A program made the translations under genes and the position numbers. DNA of 64,000 bases from an uncultured SAR86 cluster bacterium (lineage in GTDB: Bacteria > Pseudomonadota > Gammaproteobacteria > Magnimaribacterales > D2472). The notes beneath the pieces were generated by a model. That model was not told where the DNA came from. It did not search any database and saw only the letters and a list, made by a program, of their open reading frames with translations. The stretch spans positions 346,522 through 410,521 of the forward strand of contig CACKRJ010000001.1 of the NCBI GenBank assembly GCA_902602595.1, read 5' to 3'. How positions within the stretch are numbered: the first letter of the stretch is position 1; the number at the start of each line of letters is the position of its first letter. This document shows, in pieces, positions 8,284 to 17,846 of this stretch.

Positions 8284-8709
8284 TTATTTTACCTTAACTA
8301 GTGGAAGCCCTTCTTGCTGCCAAGTTGAAATTCCACCTTGCAACACATGAGTGTTTTTGTAACCATGCTTTTGTAACTTTTCACCAGCCAGAGCCGCATT
8401 CCTTCCCATTTTACAAATTAATACCAACGGATTTTCTTTTTGTTTCAATAATTCATCATTTCTATTGTCTATCTCTTCGAATGGAATATTTACAGATCCA
8501 GCTATGGCACCAAGGTCAAACTCATTCTTGGGTCTCACGTCGACCAAGCACGCAGAGTCTTTATTGACTAAATTAGTTAACTGATTACAGTCCACTCTAT
8601 TACCACCTCGTCTTTTTTCTGAACGAAACCATAGAATAATTGAAAGAAATAAAGGCACAGAAAAGTACCAATAGTCGATTAAAAATAAATTGAATTCTAG
8701 CATTTGCAT
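8284..8709 (-). CDS. Membrane-anchored single-domain rhodanese (YibN-like)
   Basis: Active-site loop CKMGRNA (CxxGxR) and an N-terminal TM helix. The track start at 8760 would overlap the gpmA start, so the ATG at 8709 (or 8703) is preferred. Confidence 0.75.
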   Translation of the reverse strand: MQMLEFNLFLIDYWYFSVPLFLSIILWFRSEKRRGGNRVDCNQLTNLVNKDSACLVDVRPKNEFDLGAIAGSVNIPFEEIDNRNDELLKQKENPLVLICKMGRNAALAGEKLQKHGYKNTHVLQGGISTWQQEGLPLVKVK

Positions 8710-8748
8710 ATTATCGCTTAAAATATATTTATTGGTGAGGTTTATATT

Positions 8749-9375
8749 ATGAAAGATCAAAATTTTTTAGTACTTGTTCGTCATGGGCAAAGTAAGTGGA
8801 ATGCCAAAAATTTATTCACTGGATGGAAGGATCCAGGACTGACTAAAGTCGGTGAAAAAGAAGCCTCGAACGCTGGCACCCTGATCAAAGAGAGAAATAT
8901 TAGATTCTCCATGATGTATACCTCTGCTTTAAAGAGAGCGCAAATTACAGGTCAAATGATTTTAGAGGGCATAGATCAAACAAATATTGAGGTTATAAAA
9001 AACCAGGCTTTAAATGAAAGGGATTATGGAGACCTAGCCGGCTTAAACAAAGATGATGCCAGAAAAGAATGGGGAGATGAGCAGGTTCATATTTGGAGAA
9101 GATCTTATGACATACCTCCTCCAGGTGGCGAGAGCCTAAAGAATACTGCAGAGAGAGTTCTCCCTTACTTTAATTCCTCAATCTTGCCAAAACTCTTAGA
9201 CGGAGAAAATATTTTAGTTGCTGCACACGGAAATTCACTTAGATCTCTAGTAATGCAGCTTGATAATTTATCAAAGGAAGAGGTAATAGCACTCGAGATA
9301 CCAACTGGCGCGCCAATAATTTATTCTTTTGATGGCGGCAAAGAACCAATTGCAAAAGAAAACCTCTTTGAATAA
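8749..9375 (+). CDS. gpmA: 2,3-bisphosphoglycerate-dependent phosphoglycerate mutase (short form)
   Basis: [18 protein letters not shown] (RHGxxxWN catalytic His motif), ERDYG and AAHGNSLR. At 208 aa it lacks the insert of the 250-aa E. coli enzyme. Confidence 0.9.
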   Translation: MKDQNFLVLVRHGQSKWNAKNLFTGWKDPGLTKVGEKEASNAGTLIKERNIRFSMMYTSALKRAQITGQMILEGIDQTNIEVIKNQALNERDYGDLAGLNKDDARKEWGDEQVHIWRRSYDIPPPGGESLKNTAERVLPYFNSSILPKLLDGENILVAAHGNSLRSLVMQLDNLSKEEVIALEIPTGAPIIYSFDGGKEPIAKENLFE

Positions 9376-10369
9376 GCGATATCAAATTTTCTCCAAGCAG
9401 GTTGTTCAATGGTATTTAGAACATGGCAGGCATGATTTGCCATGGCGAAAAAAAGTCACGCCCTACAGAATCTGGATCTCAGAAATAATGCTGCAACAAA
9501 CCCAAGTAAAAACAGTCATACCTTATTTTAAAAATTTCATTAAAAAATTCCCTTCCCAAAAAAAATTGTCTCAAGCAAGCGAAGATCAAGTGTTGGCTGC
9601 ATGGTCAGGATTGGGGTTCTATAGAAGAGCTAGAAATATATTTACCACCAAAGAGATTATAAAAAATAATTATGGGAATAGATTTCCAAATGAATTTAAA
9701 CACATCATAGAATTACCCGGAATTGGCAAATCAACCGCTGGGGCAATAATGTCTTTAGCCTATCATGACCCTCACCCAATACTTGATGGAAATGTTAAAA
9801 GAGTTATATCAAGATTTTTAAAAAAAGAGTTAGATTTACTGAAAGAGGCTGAACTTTGGAAACTATCTCAAGAAATGATGAACAGAGATGATTGTTTTTC
9901 TTATACACAAGGGATTATGGATTTGGGAGCAACTATTTGCACACCATCAAATCCATCTTGCAGCGAGTGTCCAGTAAATTCTAAATGCTTGTCAGCATTT
10001 AACGTTAGAACAGTTAAAAAAGATAGAGCTGTTTATGTAAAAAAAGTAATCGGTATGAACTTGTCATTAATACAAACTGAAAAATCTTTATTACTCGTGA
10101 AGAATGAAACTGATTCAATATGGAAAAATCTTTGGCTACCATTTAATTCAGGATCTATAAAAAATTACATCAAAAATTTTCAATTAGTAGCTAATCAAAA
10201 AATTAATCATGAGCTTACGCATAGAAGGCTAGAAATAAATTTGAAAATCTATACCTCACCAAAAGAGCTGGAAATAAAGACCAATCAAACATATAAATGG
10301 ATAAAAAAGGATAGAATAGGAGAATATGGTCTATCAAAACCCATTAGCAAGGTAATTAAAGAATTATGA
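9329..10369 (+). CDS. mutY: A/G-specific adenine DNA glycosylase
   Basis: HhH-GPD motif [17 protein letters not shown], Fe-S loop [17 protein letters not shown] and a C-terminal NUDIX-like domain. It is followed by yggX as in E. coli. The only in-frame starts (9329/9332) lie 47 nt inside gpmA. Confidence 0.9.
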   Translation: MMAAKNQLQKKTSLNKRYQIFSKQVVQWYLEHGRHDLPWRKKVTPYRIWISEIMLQQTQVKTVIPYFKNFIKKFPSQKKLSQASEDQVLAAWSGLGFYRRARNIFTTKEIIKNNYGNRFPNEFKHIIELPGIGKSTAGAIMSLAYHDPHPILDGNVKRVISRFLKKELDLLKEAELWKLSQEMMNRDDCFSYTQGIMDLGATICTPSNPSCSECPVNSKCLSAFNVRTVKKDRAVYVKKVIGMNLSLIQTEKSLLLVKNETDSIWKNLWLPFNSGSIKNYIKNFQLVANQKINHELTHRRLEINLKIYTSPKELEIKTNQTYKWIKKDRIGEYGLSKPISKVIKEL

Positions 10370-10635
10370 GCTCAACTGTTTTCTGTAAAAAATTTCAAAA
10401 AGATTTGCCAGCCATGACAGTGCCGCCAATGCCTGGTCCTAAAGGTAAGGAATTAATGGAGACTGTATCTCAAGAAGCATGGGAATCTTGGAAATCACAT
10501 CAAACAACTCTTATTAATGAAAAACATCTAGATTTATCTCAAGCTGATGCCCGCTCTTGGTTGCTAGAGCAGATGGAAAAATTCTTTAATAATGAGGAAG
10601 TCGAGCAAGCATCTGGTTTTAAAGCGATAGACTAA
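10366..10635 (+). CDS. yggX: Fe(II)-trafficking / oxidative-damage protection protein YggX
   Basis: [16 protein letters not shown]...SQEAWESWKSHQTTLINEKHLDL aligns with E. coli YggX. Confidence 0.95.
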   Translation: MSSTVFCKKFQKDLPAMTVPPMPGPKGKELMETVSQEAWESWKSHQTTLINEKHLDLSQADARSWLLEQMEKFFNNEEVEQASGFKAID

Positions 10636-11396
10636 CTATTCCACCAAGCTGTATCTGAGAAAGCTCTTATATCTACTTCGTGACTCCATGCAGATCGATG
10701 TTGTTGGGATAAATAATAGTAAGTTTCAGCAACACTTTTAGGTAAAATAAGGCCATCATGCTCCATACCCTTTGTTTCTCTGAGTTGTTGAAATAATTCC
10801 TCTCCGAGCATCTTCCCTAATGTATCTGGAGCATCAACCATTCCATCCACTACAATGTGCGCCACATGAATTCCCTTTGGAGCAAATTCAGCATTTAAAG
10901 TTTGGCATAACATTCTTCTACCACCCATTGCAGCAGCATGAGAATGCTGATTCTTATTTCCACGCATCGCAGCAGTAGCAGAAGTAACAAGGAATGTCCC
11001 TGAGCCTCTTTCTTCCATGATTGGCATCAATACCTTTGAAACTCTAAATAATCCTAAATCTGCCATTCTCCAGCCCCACTCAAACTCTTTTAAAGTTGTT
11101 TCATGAAGCAACTTCATTCCAGTTTGAGCACCGAGGTTATACACAAGAACCTCAATTGGTCCAACATCTTTTTCTATATTTAGAATTAAATCCTCAAGAA
11201 CATTTTCTTCAATTGCATTAATAAGATATCCGCTAGCAGAACCACCTTTTTCTTCAATATTTGATACCAGTCTATCTAATCCATCCTGATCAGACCTTCT
11301 GCATAAACAAGAGTGATAACCTTCTTGGGCAAATTTTGTTGCAACAGTTCCGCCAATGCCAGCACCAGCACCCAAAACCAAGCAAACTGGCTTCAT
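10632..11396 (-). CDS. Short-chain dehydrogenase/reductase (SDR) family oxidoreductase
   Basis: Rossmann motif LVLGAGAGIGGTVA and a length of 254 aa. Confidence 0.8.
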   Translation of the reverse strand: MKPVCLVLGAGAGIGGTVATKFAQEGYHSCLCRRSDQDGLDRLVSNIEEKGGSASGYLINAIEENVLEDLILNIEKDVGPIEVLVYNLGAQTGMKLLHETTLKEFEWGWRMADLGLFRVSKVLMPIMEERGSGTFLVTSATAAMRGNKNQHSHAAAMGGRRMLCQTLNAEFAPKGIHVAHIVVDGMVDAPDTLGKMLGEELFQQLRETKGMEHDGLILPKSVAETYYYLSQQHRSAWSHEVDIRAFSDTAWWNS

Positions 11397-11402
11397 CGTA
11401 TC

Positions 11403-13313
11403 TTAGGCCTCAGAAACAATTGTAGTTTTCATGGACTTTCCACTGAATCTCCAAAAGAAACTTAAGGCTTTAACTGCCAACAGTCTAATGGTCTTATCGA
11501 ACAATGAAACTTCTGATATGCCAGTTTTTACTTCGCAAATTTGCTTTCCTCTAATCAGTTTTCCTGGCAGTGCTCCATTTGCTTTGCCGTTTTCAGAAAC
11601 AACTTGGCCATTCTTTATGGTGGCAATATAGCCTGTGGCGTCTTGTACTAAGCGCCTTCCGCCCAAAGGAAGGTCATGAATCATTGTGGGATGACTTACA
11701 TTCAACTTATCAAAATCAATAATATTAATATCAGCCAACATGCCGGATTTTATTTCACCCCTATCAAATAAACCAAAAGTCTCAGCCGTATCTTTAGTTT
11801 GTTTCTTTATAAGCATCTCTAGTGGAAACTTTCTACCTACCTCTCTATCTCTTCCCCAATGGGATATATTTGTTGTTGGCATGCTTGCATCACATATTAA
11901 TCCGCAATGAGCACCGCCATCGCTTCCTCCAGCAACTGATGACTTTAATCGATAGGCCTGCTCAACAAAATCTAGCTTATATTTTTCATAAGGTGTGAAA
12001 GCGGCGTAAATTAAATTGCTGCCTTCATTTTGAAGCATCTCATCATACATAACTTCAAGCTCTGATATATGTTTTCTTGAGGCTATCGCAGCAATGCTAT
12101 CTTCTTCTTTGGGTTCATAATTTGGAGGGGTCCCGAGGATAAACTGGGTTTTGTAATTTGAGGTTATAGTTGTTGGAAGTGCTACATCTTGGGCAATTTC
12201 TTCTCTCGTTTTATTGGAGGGATTGTCTGCAAGCCTTGCCGTTATTTCTGATTCAAAGTCTGGTTCTTGACTAAGTAATTTCTCTTTAAAAAGGGGATCT
12301 TTTAAAATTTCTAATTTTTGATCCATGGGTAGATCAGCTATTTCTTTGTAGGCTGGAAATTGCATAAATGGATTAACCGAAGTTTCCCAGCCAAACATTA
12401 AACCAACATTTCTCCCTGGAAATTGAGGTCGTATATTCTTACCTTTTAGAAAGTGCTCCTCAGAAAATAAAATCGTTTTTACTGCATCGCCTTTTGTTTG
12501 CAGGAAAGTTAATCCACAATCACTTTTTTTAACATATTCCTTCATCCAAGACATTTCCATCTCTTCATCTAGCCAGTCAGATGTAATTTCTAGCGTTCCT
12601 TCACCAGCTTTATCAACTCCAAATGCAAGGGCTCTCATTTCTTCTGAACTTGCTTCAGTGCCTGGTACATATTTCCCGTATATATCTCTATGCAGAACGG
12701 TTCTTGAAGTACTAAATCCAAGGGCTCCAGCCTCTATAGCTTCAGTAACAAGGTCTGACATTTTGCTTATCTCTTCCTCAGAAGCATCTACTTGATTCTG
12801 ACATCTTTCGTAACCCATTACATAACTTCTCAAAGGTCCATGTCCCATCATAAATCCAACATCCATAACAAATTCTTTTTTATCAATGGCATCTAGAAAT
12901 TCTGGAAAGGTTTCCCAGTCCCAATCAATTCCTTCGTGCAATGCTGAGCCCGGAATATCCTCAACACCTTCCATTAATTGAATAAGAAAATTTTCATCCC
13001 CAGGTCGCACAGGTGCAAATCCCACACCGCAATTTCCCATAACGGCAGTTGTCACACCATGCCAGCTTGAAGGAGTGAGATAGGGATCCCAAGATACCTG
13101 TCCATCGTAGTGAGTGTGGATATCTACCCATCCAGGAGTTACTAAATTTCCTTTTGCATCGAACTCTTCTTTGCCCGAGCTCTGAATCTTCCCAACTGAT
13201 GTAATTTTTCCGTCATCAATGGCAATATCGCCAAAAAATGGTTTTTTTCCAGATCCATCTATAATTTTTCCATTACGGATGATCAGATCATGTATGTGTT
13301 GAGTTATTTCCAT
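11403..13313 (-). CDS. N-acyl-D-amino-acid deacylase (D-aminoacylase) family amidohydrolase
   Basis: Metal-binding VDIHTHYDG (HxH), GVTTAVMGNCG, and the C-terminal DRGEIKSGMLADINIIDFD motif of amidohydrolase-3 enzymes. About 45 extra residues follow the usual ...PGKLIRG end. Confidence 0.8.
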   Translation of the reverse strand: MEITQHIHDLIIRNGKIIDGSGKKPFFGDIAIDDGKITSVGKIQSSGKEEFDAKGNLVTPGWVDIHTHYDGQVSWDPYLTPSSWHGVTTAVMGNCGVGFAPVRPGDENFLIQLMEGVEDIPGSALHEGIDWDWETFPEFLDAIDKKEFVMDVGFMMGHGPLRSYVMGYERCQNQVDASEEEISKMSDLVTEAIEAGALGFSTSRTVLHRDIYGKYVPGTEASSEEMRALAFGVDKAGEGTLEITSDWLDEEMEMSWMKEYVKKSDCGLTFLQTKGDAVKTILFSEEHFLKGKNIRPQFPGRNVGLMFGWETSVNPFMQFPAYKEIADLPMDQKLEILKDPLFKEKLLSQEPDFESEITARLADNPSNKTREEIAQDVALPTTITSNYKTQFILGTPPNYEPKEEDSIAAIASRKHISELEVMYDEMLQNEGSNLIYAAFTPYEKYKLDFVEQAYRLKSSVAGGSDGGAHCGLICDASMPTTNISHWGRDREVGRKFPLEMLIKKQTKDTAETFGLFDRGEIKSGMLADINIIDFDKLNVSHPTMIHDLPLGGRRLVQDATGYIATIKNGQVVSENGKANGALPGKLIRGKQICEVKTGISEVSLFDKTIRLLAVKALSFFWRFSGKSMKTTIVSEA

Positions 13314-13380
13314 TTATCTAATTTAACTTTAAATTATTTGATTTTGAAGCATATTTACTGACATAGAATATGTCAATAAA

Positions 13381-13456
13381 TGGTGCCCAGAGGTGGAATC
13401 GAACCACCGACACAAGGATTTTCAGTCCTTTGCTCTACCGACTGAGCTATCTGGGC
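13381..13456 (-). tRNA. tRNA-Phe (anticodon GAA)
   Basis: The reverse complement GCCCAGATAGCTCAGTCGGTAGAGCAAAGGACTGAAAATCCTTGTGTCGGTGGTTCGATTCCACCTCTGGGCACCA folds as a cloverleaf with anticodon loop CTGAAAA and an encoded CCA. It closely resembles E. coli tRNA-Phe. Confidence 0.97.
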
Positions 13457-13525
13457 TTTTGAAGATGGTGAATTATAACTGAACTGCGCTTAGTCGAGAA
13501 TACTTAGTTCGTATAAAATAAATGG

Positions 13526-14698
13526 ATGTTAATTGATCATTTTCATAATTTAAACAAAGTACGAAGCCCTTATTCGGACGAACTCAAATCAATTCTCAAT
13601 CTTCTAGATTCTAGAGAAGCATTTGATGAGATTTCTACATGGGATGGATATAAGCCAACTCCCTTGGTTTCTTTAAAGGACATAGCTTTACAAACTGGAG
13701 TAAAAAAAATCTATTACAAAGATGAAAGTTCTAGATTTGGATTAGGCAGTTTTAAAGCATTGGGCGGCACATATGGGGTTTTAAAATTTATCCAGGATGA
13801 ATTAAAAAAAGATATTGGAAGTAACGTAACATTAGAAGATATCCACAAGGGAAAATTCAAAGAAAAAATTTCAAGATTTACCGTGACAACTGCAACAGAT
13901 GGCAATCATGGTCGTTCGGTTGCCTATGGAGCCAAGTTATTTGGATGCAAGTGTCAAATATATATTCATGCAGAAGTGAGTTTAGGGCGTCAAGATGCGA
14001 TTGAACAACTTGATGCAAATGTTATAAGAGTAAATGGAAACTATGACGAATCACTTAAGCTTTGCAAAAAAGAATCTGAGCTAAATAACTGGCACATTAT
14101 TTCCGATACTTCTTATCCGGGATATACAAAATATCCTAGAGATATAATGGCTGGATACAATGTCATGTCTGAAGAAATTGCTTCTCAATTAGAAAAAATT
14201 GAGATGCCTACTCATATATTTCTGCAAGGAGGTGTAGGCTCATTCCCTGGAGCAATATGCGCATACTTCTGGGAGAAATTTCCTAATAGCAATATTAAAT
14301 TCATTGTTGTTGAATCTGAGCATGCCCCGTGCCTAATTCAAAGTGCTCAAAATAATCAAATGACCTCAGTGAATATTAAAAAAGAAACAATGATGGCTGG
14401 TTTATCCTGCGGTGAACCATCACTTCTTGGATGGGAAATTCTAAGCATAGGGACGGATGATTTTGTTGCTATTTCTGATCAATTGATACCATCAACAATG
14501 AGGATGCTTGCAAACAATAACCCTCCGATTGAAGCAGGAGAATCTTCAGTTGCTGGCCTTGCAGCATTAATGGAAATTATGAAGACCCAAGATATCGCAA
14601 AAAAACTTAAGCTAGACTCTGAAAGTATCGTCTTATTATTTGGAACTGAGGGAGCTACAGACCCAGAAATATATGATTCTATTATCAAGGCAAGCTAG
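13526..14698 (+). CDS. dpaL: Diaminopropionate ammonia-lyase (fold-type II PLP enzyme)
   Basis: Aligns by eye with E. coli YgeX/DpaL: YKPTPLVSL, KDESSRFGLGSFKALGG (PLP lysine), TTATDGNHGRSVA, MAGLSCGEPS and GESSVAGL. Confidence 0.8.
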   Translation: MLIDHFHNLNKVRSPYSDELKSILNLLDSREAFDEISTWDGYKPTPLVSLKDIALQTGVKKIYYKDESSRFGLGSFKALGGTYGVLKFIQDELKKDIGSNVTLEDIHKGKFKEKISRFTVTTATDGNHGRSVAYGAKLFGCKCQIYIHAEVSLGRQDAIEQLDANVIRVNGNYDESLKLCKKESELNNWHIISDTSYPGYTKYPRDIMAGYNVMSEEIASQLEKIEMPTHIFLQGGVGSFPGAICAYFWEKFPNSNIKFIVVESEHAPCLIQSAQNNQMTSVNIKKETMMAGLSCGEPSLLGWEILSIGTDDFVAISDQLIPSTMRMLANNNPPIEAGESSVAGLAALMEIMKTQDIAKKLKLDSESIVLLFGTEGATDPEIYDSIIKAS

Positions 14699-14742
14699 AC
14701 TCAAAATTTCACAGATTTTTAAATTTACCCTAAACTAAATAC

Positions 14743-15630
14743 ATGGGAATTGAACATGTAAGTCCAAATACGGACATAAATAAGATTTTAGAAATCATTG
14801 AGAGAGATGCGGCTGTTGTCATTGATAATGTCTTATCATCAAATGATCTCGATGATATTAAAAATGAGCTCAAGCCCTACCTTCAAAATGATATTGAAGG
14901 GGATAATGAATTTACTGGATTTCAAACCAAAAGAGTTGGGGCTCTTATGGCAAGATCCCCCAAGTGTCGTGAGTTAGCTCTTGATCCAACAATAAATGCT
15001 TTATCGGCAAAATTCTTAGAGCCTCACTGTGATGGCTACCAACTCCATTTCACATCTGCAATTTCTATTGGCCCCAATGAAACACCTCAAATCCTTCATA
15101 GAGATCGAGGAGTATGGGGAGGATATGTACCAAGGAAAATAGAAACACAATTTAGTACTGTGTGGGCCATAACAGATTTCACTAAAGAAAATGGTGCCAC
15201 CCAAGTTGTGCCAGGTTCACATAAATGGGATAAAGAGAGAGTGCCACTCGATGAAGAAATTGAAAATGCTGAAATGAGTGCAGGTTCAGTATTTATTTAT
15301 ACTGGATCTGTAATGCACGGTGGTGGAGCCAATCAAACCTCAGAAAATAGACTCGGTGTTTTTTTGCACTATGCTCCAAATTGGCTAAGACAAGAAGAAA
15401 ATCAATACCTATCCTGCCCTCCTTCAATAGCGAAAGAGCTAGAGCCTGAACTTCGAGATCTGATGGGTTACTCCCAAGGCGGCTACGTTTTAGGATTCTT
15501 TACCGACCCAACGGATACTGAGGGAAAATTTGAATCCGTATCACCCAAAAAACTCTTCGGGGAAGATGTAGATCCGTTTAAAATTGCTTCATCAGAGGAG
15601 CTGGTCAAAAGCTCTACCAAAAAAAATTAA
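14743..15630 (+). CDS. Phytanoyl-CoA dioxygenase (PhyH) family Fe(II)/2-oxoglutarate dioxygenase
   Basis: ILHRDRG, PGSHKW and HGGGAN blocks typical of PhyH-family enzymes. 295 aa. Confidence 0.75.
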   Translation: MGIEHVSPNTDINKILEIIERDAAVVIDNVLSSNDLDDIKNELKPYLQNDIEGDNEFTGFQTKRVGALMARSPKCRELALDPTINALSAKFLEPHCDGYQLHFTSAISIGPNETPQILHRDRGVWGGYVPRKIETQFSTVWAITDFTKENGATQVVPGSHKWDKERVPLDEEIENAEMSAGSVFIYTGSVMHGGGANQTSENRLGVFLHYAPNWLRQEENQYLSCPPSIAKELEPELRDLMGYSQGGYVLGFFTDPTDTEGKFESVSPKKLFGEDVDPFKIASSEELVKSSTKKN

Positions 15631-15660
15631 TAGCATTTTATTTAATAAAGACATTTCTCT

Positions 15661-16620
15661 ATGACAGAACCTCTAAACCTTTATCCAGCAATTAAACCCT
15701 ATGAAACTGGTTACATGATTGCGGGTGAGCATGAAATTTATTATGAACAATGTGGTAACCCGAGCGGAAAACCTGCTGTCTTTTTACATGGTGGGCCTGG
15801 TGGAGGTGGAAGTGAAGTCGTCAGAAGATTTTTTAATCCGGAAGCCTACAGGATCATTGTGTTTGATCAAAGAGGATGTGGCAGAAGTAAGCCTCATGCC
15901 TGTTTAACTAATAATACAACTTGGGATCTGGTAGCGGATATTGAATCCTTGAAACAAAAATTAGGTATAGATCAATGGTTAGTTTTTGGAGGTTCATGGG
16001 GAAGCACTCTAGCACTAGCTTACGCTCAAACTCATCCAGATTCAGTTAGTGAGATGGTCCTGCGTGGAATTTTCATGCTTAGGAAAAAAGAACTTGATTG
16101 GTTCTATCAAGATGGGGCTAGTCGTATTTTTCCGGAAGCATGGAAAAATTTTATTAATCAAATCGATGAATCCAAAAGAGATAATTTAATGCAGGCCTAT
16201 CATGAAATTTTTGTAGGTTCAGATAAACAAAAAAGCTTAGATGCTGCTATAGCTTGGTCTAAATGGGAGGCGGCTTGCAGCAGCATAGATTACTCTCCTG
16301 AGAGAGTTGAGGAATTCTCAAACCCAAAATTTGCTCTGGCTTTTGCACTTATTGAAAATCATTATTTTATGAATGCAGGTTTTTTAAACCACGAAAATCA
16401 ATTATTGGATGATGTAGAAAAAATTAGATTGATTCCCACAATTATTGTTCAGGGTAGATATGACATTGTGTGTCCGGCTGGAACAGCCTATGAGCTCTCA
16501 GAGCGTTGGCCAGAAGCTTCTTTGGTGATTGCACCATTTTCAGGTCACTCAGCTTTTGAAAAAGAAATTATCCATGAACTAATTTTAGCCACTGATAAAT
16601 TTGGCGGCCTGGACAGATAA
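15661..16620 (+). CDS. pip: Proline iminopeptidase
   Basis: HGGPGGG motif, nucleophile GGSWGSTLALAY, and C-terminal FSGHSAFE. Confidence 0.95.
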   Translation: MTEPLNLYPAIKPYETGYMIAGEHEIYYEQCGNPSGKPAVFLHGGPGGGGSEVVRRFFNPEAYRIIVFDQRGCGRSKPHACLTNNTTWDLVADIESLKQKLGIDQWLVFGGSWGSTLALAYAQTHPDSVSEMVLRGIFMLRKKELDWFYQDGASRIFPEAWKNFINQIDESKRDNLMQAYHEIFVGSDKQKSLDAAIAWSKWEAACSSIDYSPERVEEFSNPKFALAFALIENHYFMNAGFLNHENQLLDDVEKIRLIPTIIVQGRYDIVCPAGTAYELSERWPEASLVIAPFSGHSAFEKEIIHELILATDKFGGLDR

Positions 16621-17844
16621 ATGCAATCGTATGTTTTGCATTTAGAGTGCTCTAAGACCGGGACTGTATATCCAGCAGATCAAATTCATAATCTTTCAGA
16701 TGATGGAATGCCATTGTTGGTTAGATATGATCTTAAAAAAATTAAACGGAAGCTTTCTAAAGATAGCTGGTGCATGGAATCAGCACCAGGTTTTTGGCGC
16801 TATCAAGCATTGCTTCCTGTCTCAAATGCTGCTTCAAAAATTTCTTTGGGAGAGGTTCTAACTCCTTTAATTCCTCTTAAGAGAAGCTCAAATATATTGG
16901 GCGGAAAACCTGGAAATATTATAGTAAAAGATGAAGGCAGACTCCCAACTGGGTCTTTCAAAGCCAGGGGTTTGGCCCTTGCTGTTTCTATGGCACACCA
17001 ATTTGGGCTTAAACACTTGGCAATACCTACCAATGGAAATGCTGGAGCTGCATTAGCAGCTTATTCAAGACAAGCAAATATCAAAGCAACAGTTTTTTGC
17101 CCAGATGATACGCCCAAGGTAAATGTTAGAGAAATAGAACTTCAGGGCGCTGATACCTATCTTGTAAATGGACTTATTAATGATTGTGGGAAAATAGTGC
17201 TTGAAGGAAGGGAGAAAGCAGGTTGGTTTGATGTCTCTACACTTAAAGAGCCATATAGAATTGAGGGCAAAAAAACTATGGGTTTTGAGCTTGCAGAACA
17301 AATGGAATGGACGTTGCCAGATGCAATCTTTTATCCAACGGGTGGAGGTACAGGGCTCATAGGAATGTGGAAAGCATTTGCAGAATTAAAAGAACTTGGA
17401 TGGCTGACTGGCAAGCTTCCTAAAATGATTGCTATTCAATCTGCAGGGTGTGCGCCAATTGTTAATGCTTTCAATCAAGGTTTAGATCATGCTCCTTTAT
17501 GGGACAATGCTCAAACTGTTGCATCAGGTATAAGAGTGCCAGTAGCCATTGGTGATTTTTTGATACTTGATGCTATTCGTCAATCAAATGGTTGTGCTCT
17601 TGCTGTCGAAGATGAGCATATTATTAATACAAGAGATATGATCTCCAAAGAAGATGGATTATTGCTCTGCCCTGAGGGTGCTGCAACTGCAGCAGGATAT
17701 CAACTAGCTCTTAAGAAAAAAATAATCAAGGCAGACGAGAAAGTTGTACTCTTTAATTGTGCTTCAGGGTTAAAGTATCCCATGCCTGATTCAAATCAAA
17801 CCATTGATAAAAACTCTGCTATTAAATTTAGCCAGTTTACTTAA
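16621..17844 (+). CDS. Threonine synthase family PLP enzyme (ThrC-like)
   Basis: PLP-lysine motif TGSFKARGLA, GNAGAALAAY and PTGGGTGLIG. It starts at the base immediately after the pip stop. I cannot tell whether this is the housekeeping thrC. Confidence 0.75.
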   Translation: MQSYVLHLECSKTGTVYPADQIHNLSDDGMPLLVRYDLKKIKRKLSKDSWCMESAPGFWRYQALLPVSNAASKISLGEVLTPLIPLKRSSNILGGKPGNIIVKDEGRLPTGSFKARGLALAVSMAHQFGLKHLAIPTNGNAGAALAAYSRQANIKATVFCPDDTPKVNVREIELQGADTYLVNGLINDCGKIVLEGREKAGWFDVSTLKEPYRIEGKKTMGFELAEQMEWTLPDAIFYPTGGGTGLIGMWKAFAELKELGWLTGKLPKMIAIQSAGCAPIVNAFNQGLDHAPLWDNAQTVASGIRVPVAIGDFLILDAIRQSNGCALAVEDEHIINTRDMISKEDGLLLCPEGAATAAGYQLALKKKIIKADEKVVLFNCASGLKYPMPDSNQTIDKNSAIKFSQFT

Positions 17845-17846
17845 TA

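Noticed and set aside
8710-8760. Longer N-terminal extensions proposed by the ORF track for several genes (starts at 8760, 19087, 23594, 29478, 35025, 44474, 46279, 52746, 56907 and 61344)
   Set aside because: In each case the extension overlaps the neighbouring gene or begins at a TTG. An internal ATG gives an N-terminus matching the known family start (e.g. MIVLLSPAKTLD for YaaA, MLSKNLE for CysQ, MKHLTNL with an ATGA overlap for DUF1295), often with a better RBS.
13314-13525. tRNA-Phe as an integration site for a genomic island
   Set aside because: There is no integrase, no transposase and no phage gene nearby. I could find no direct repeat of the tRNA 3' end in the window. The flanking genes are metabolic and have the same AT-rich look as the rest of the window.
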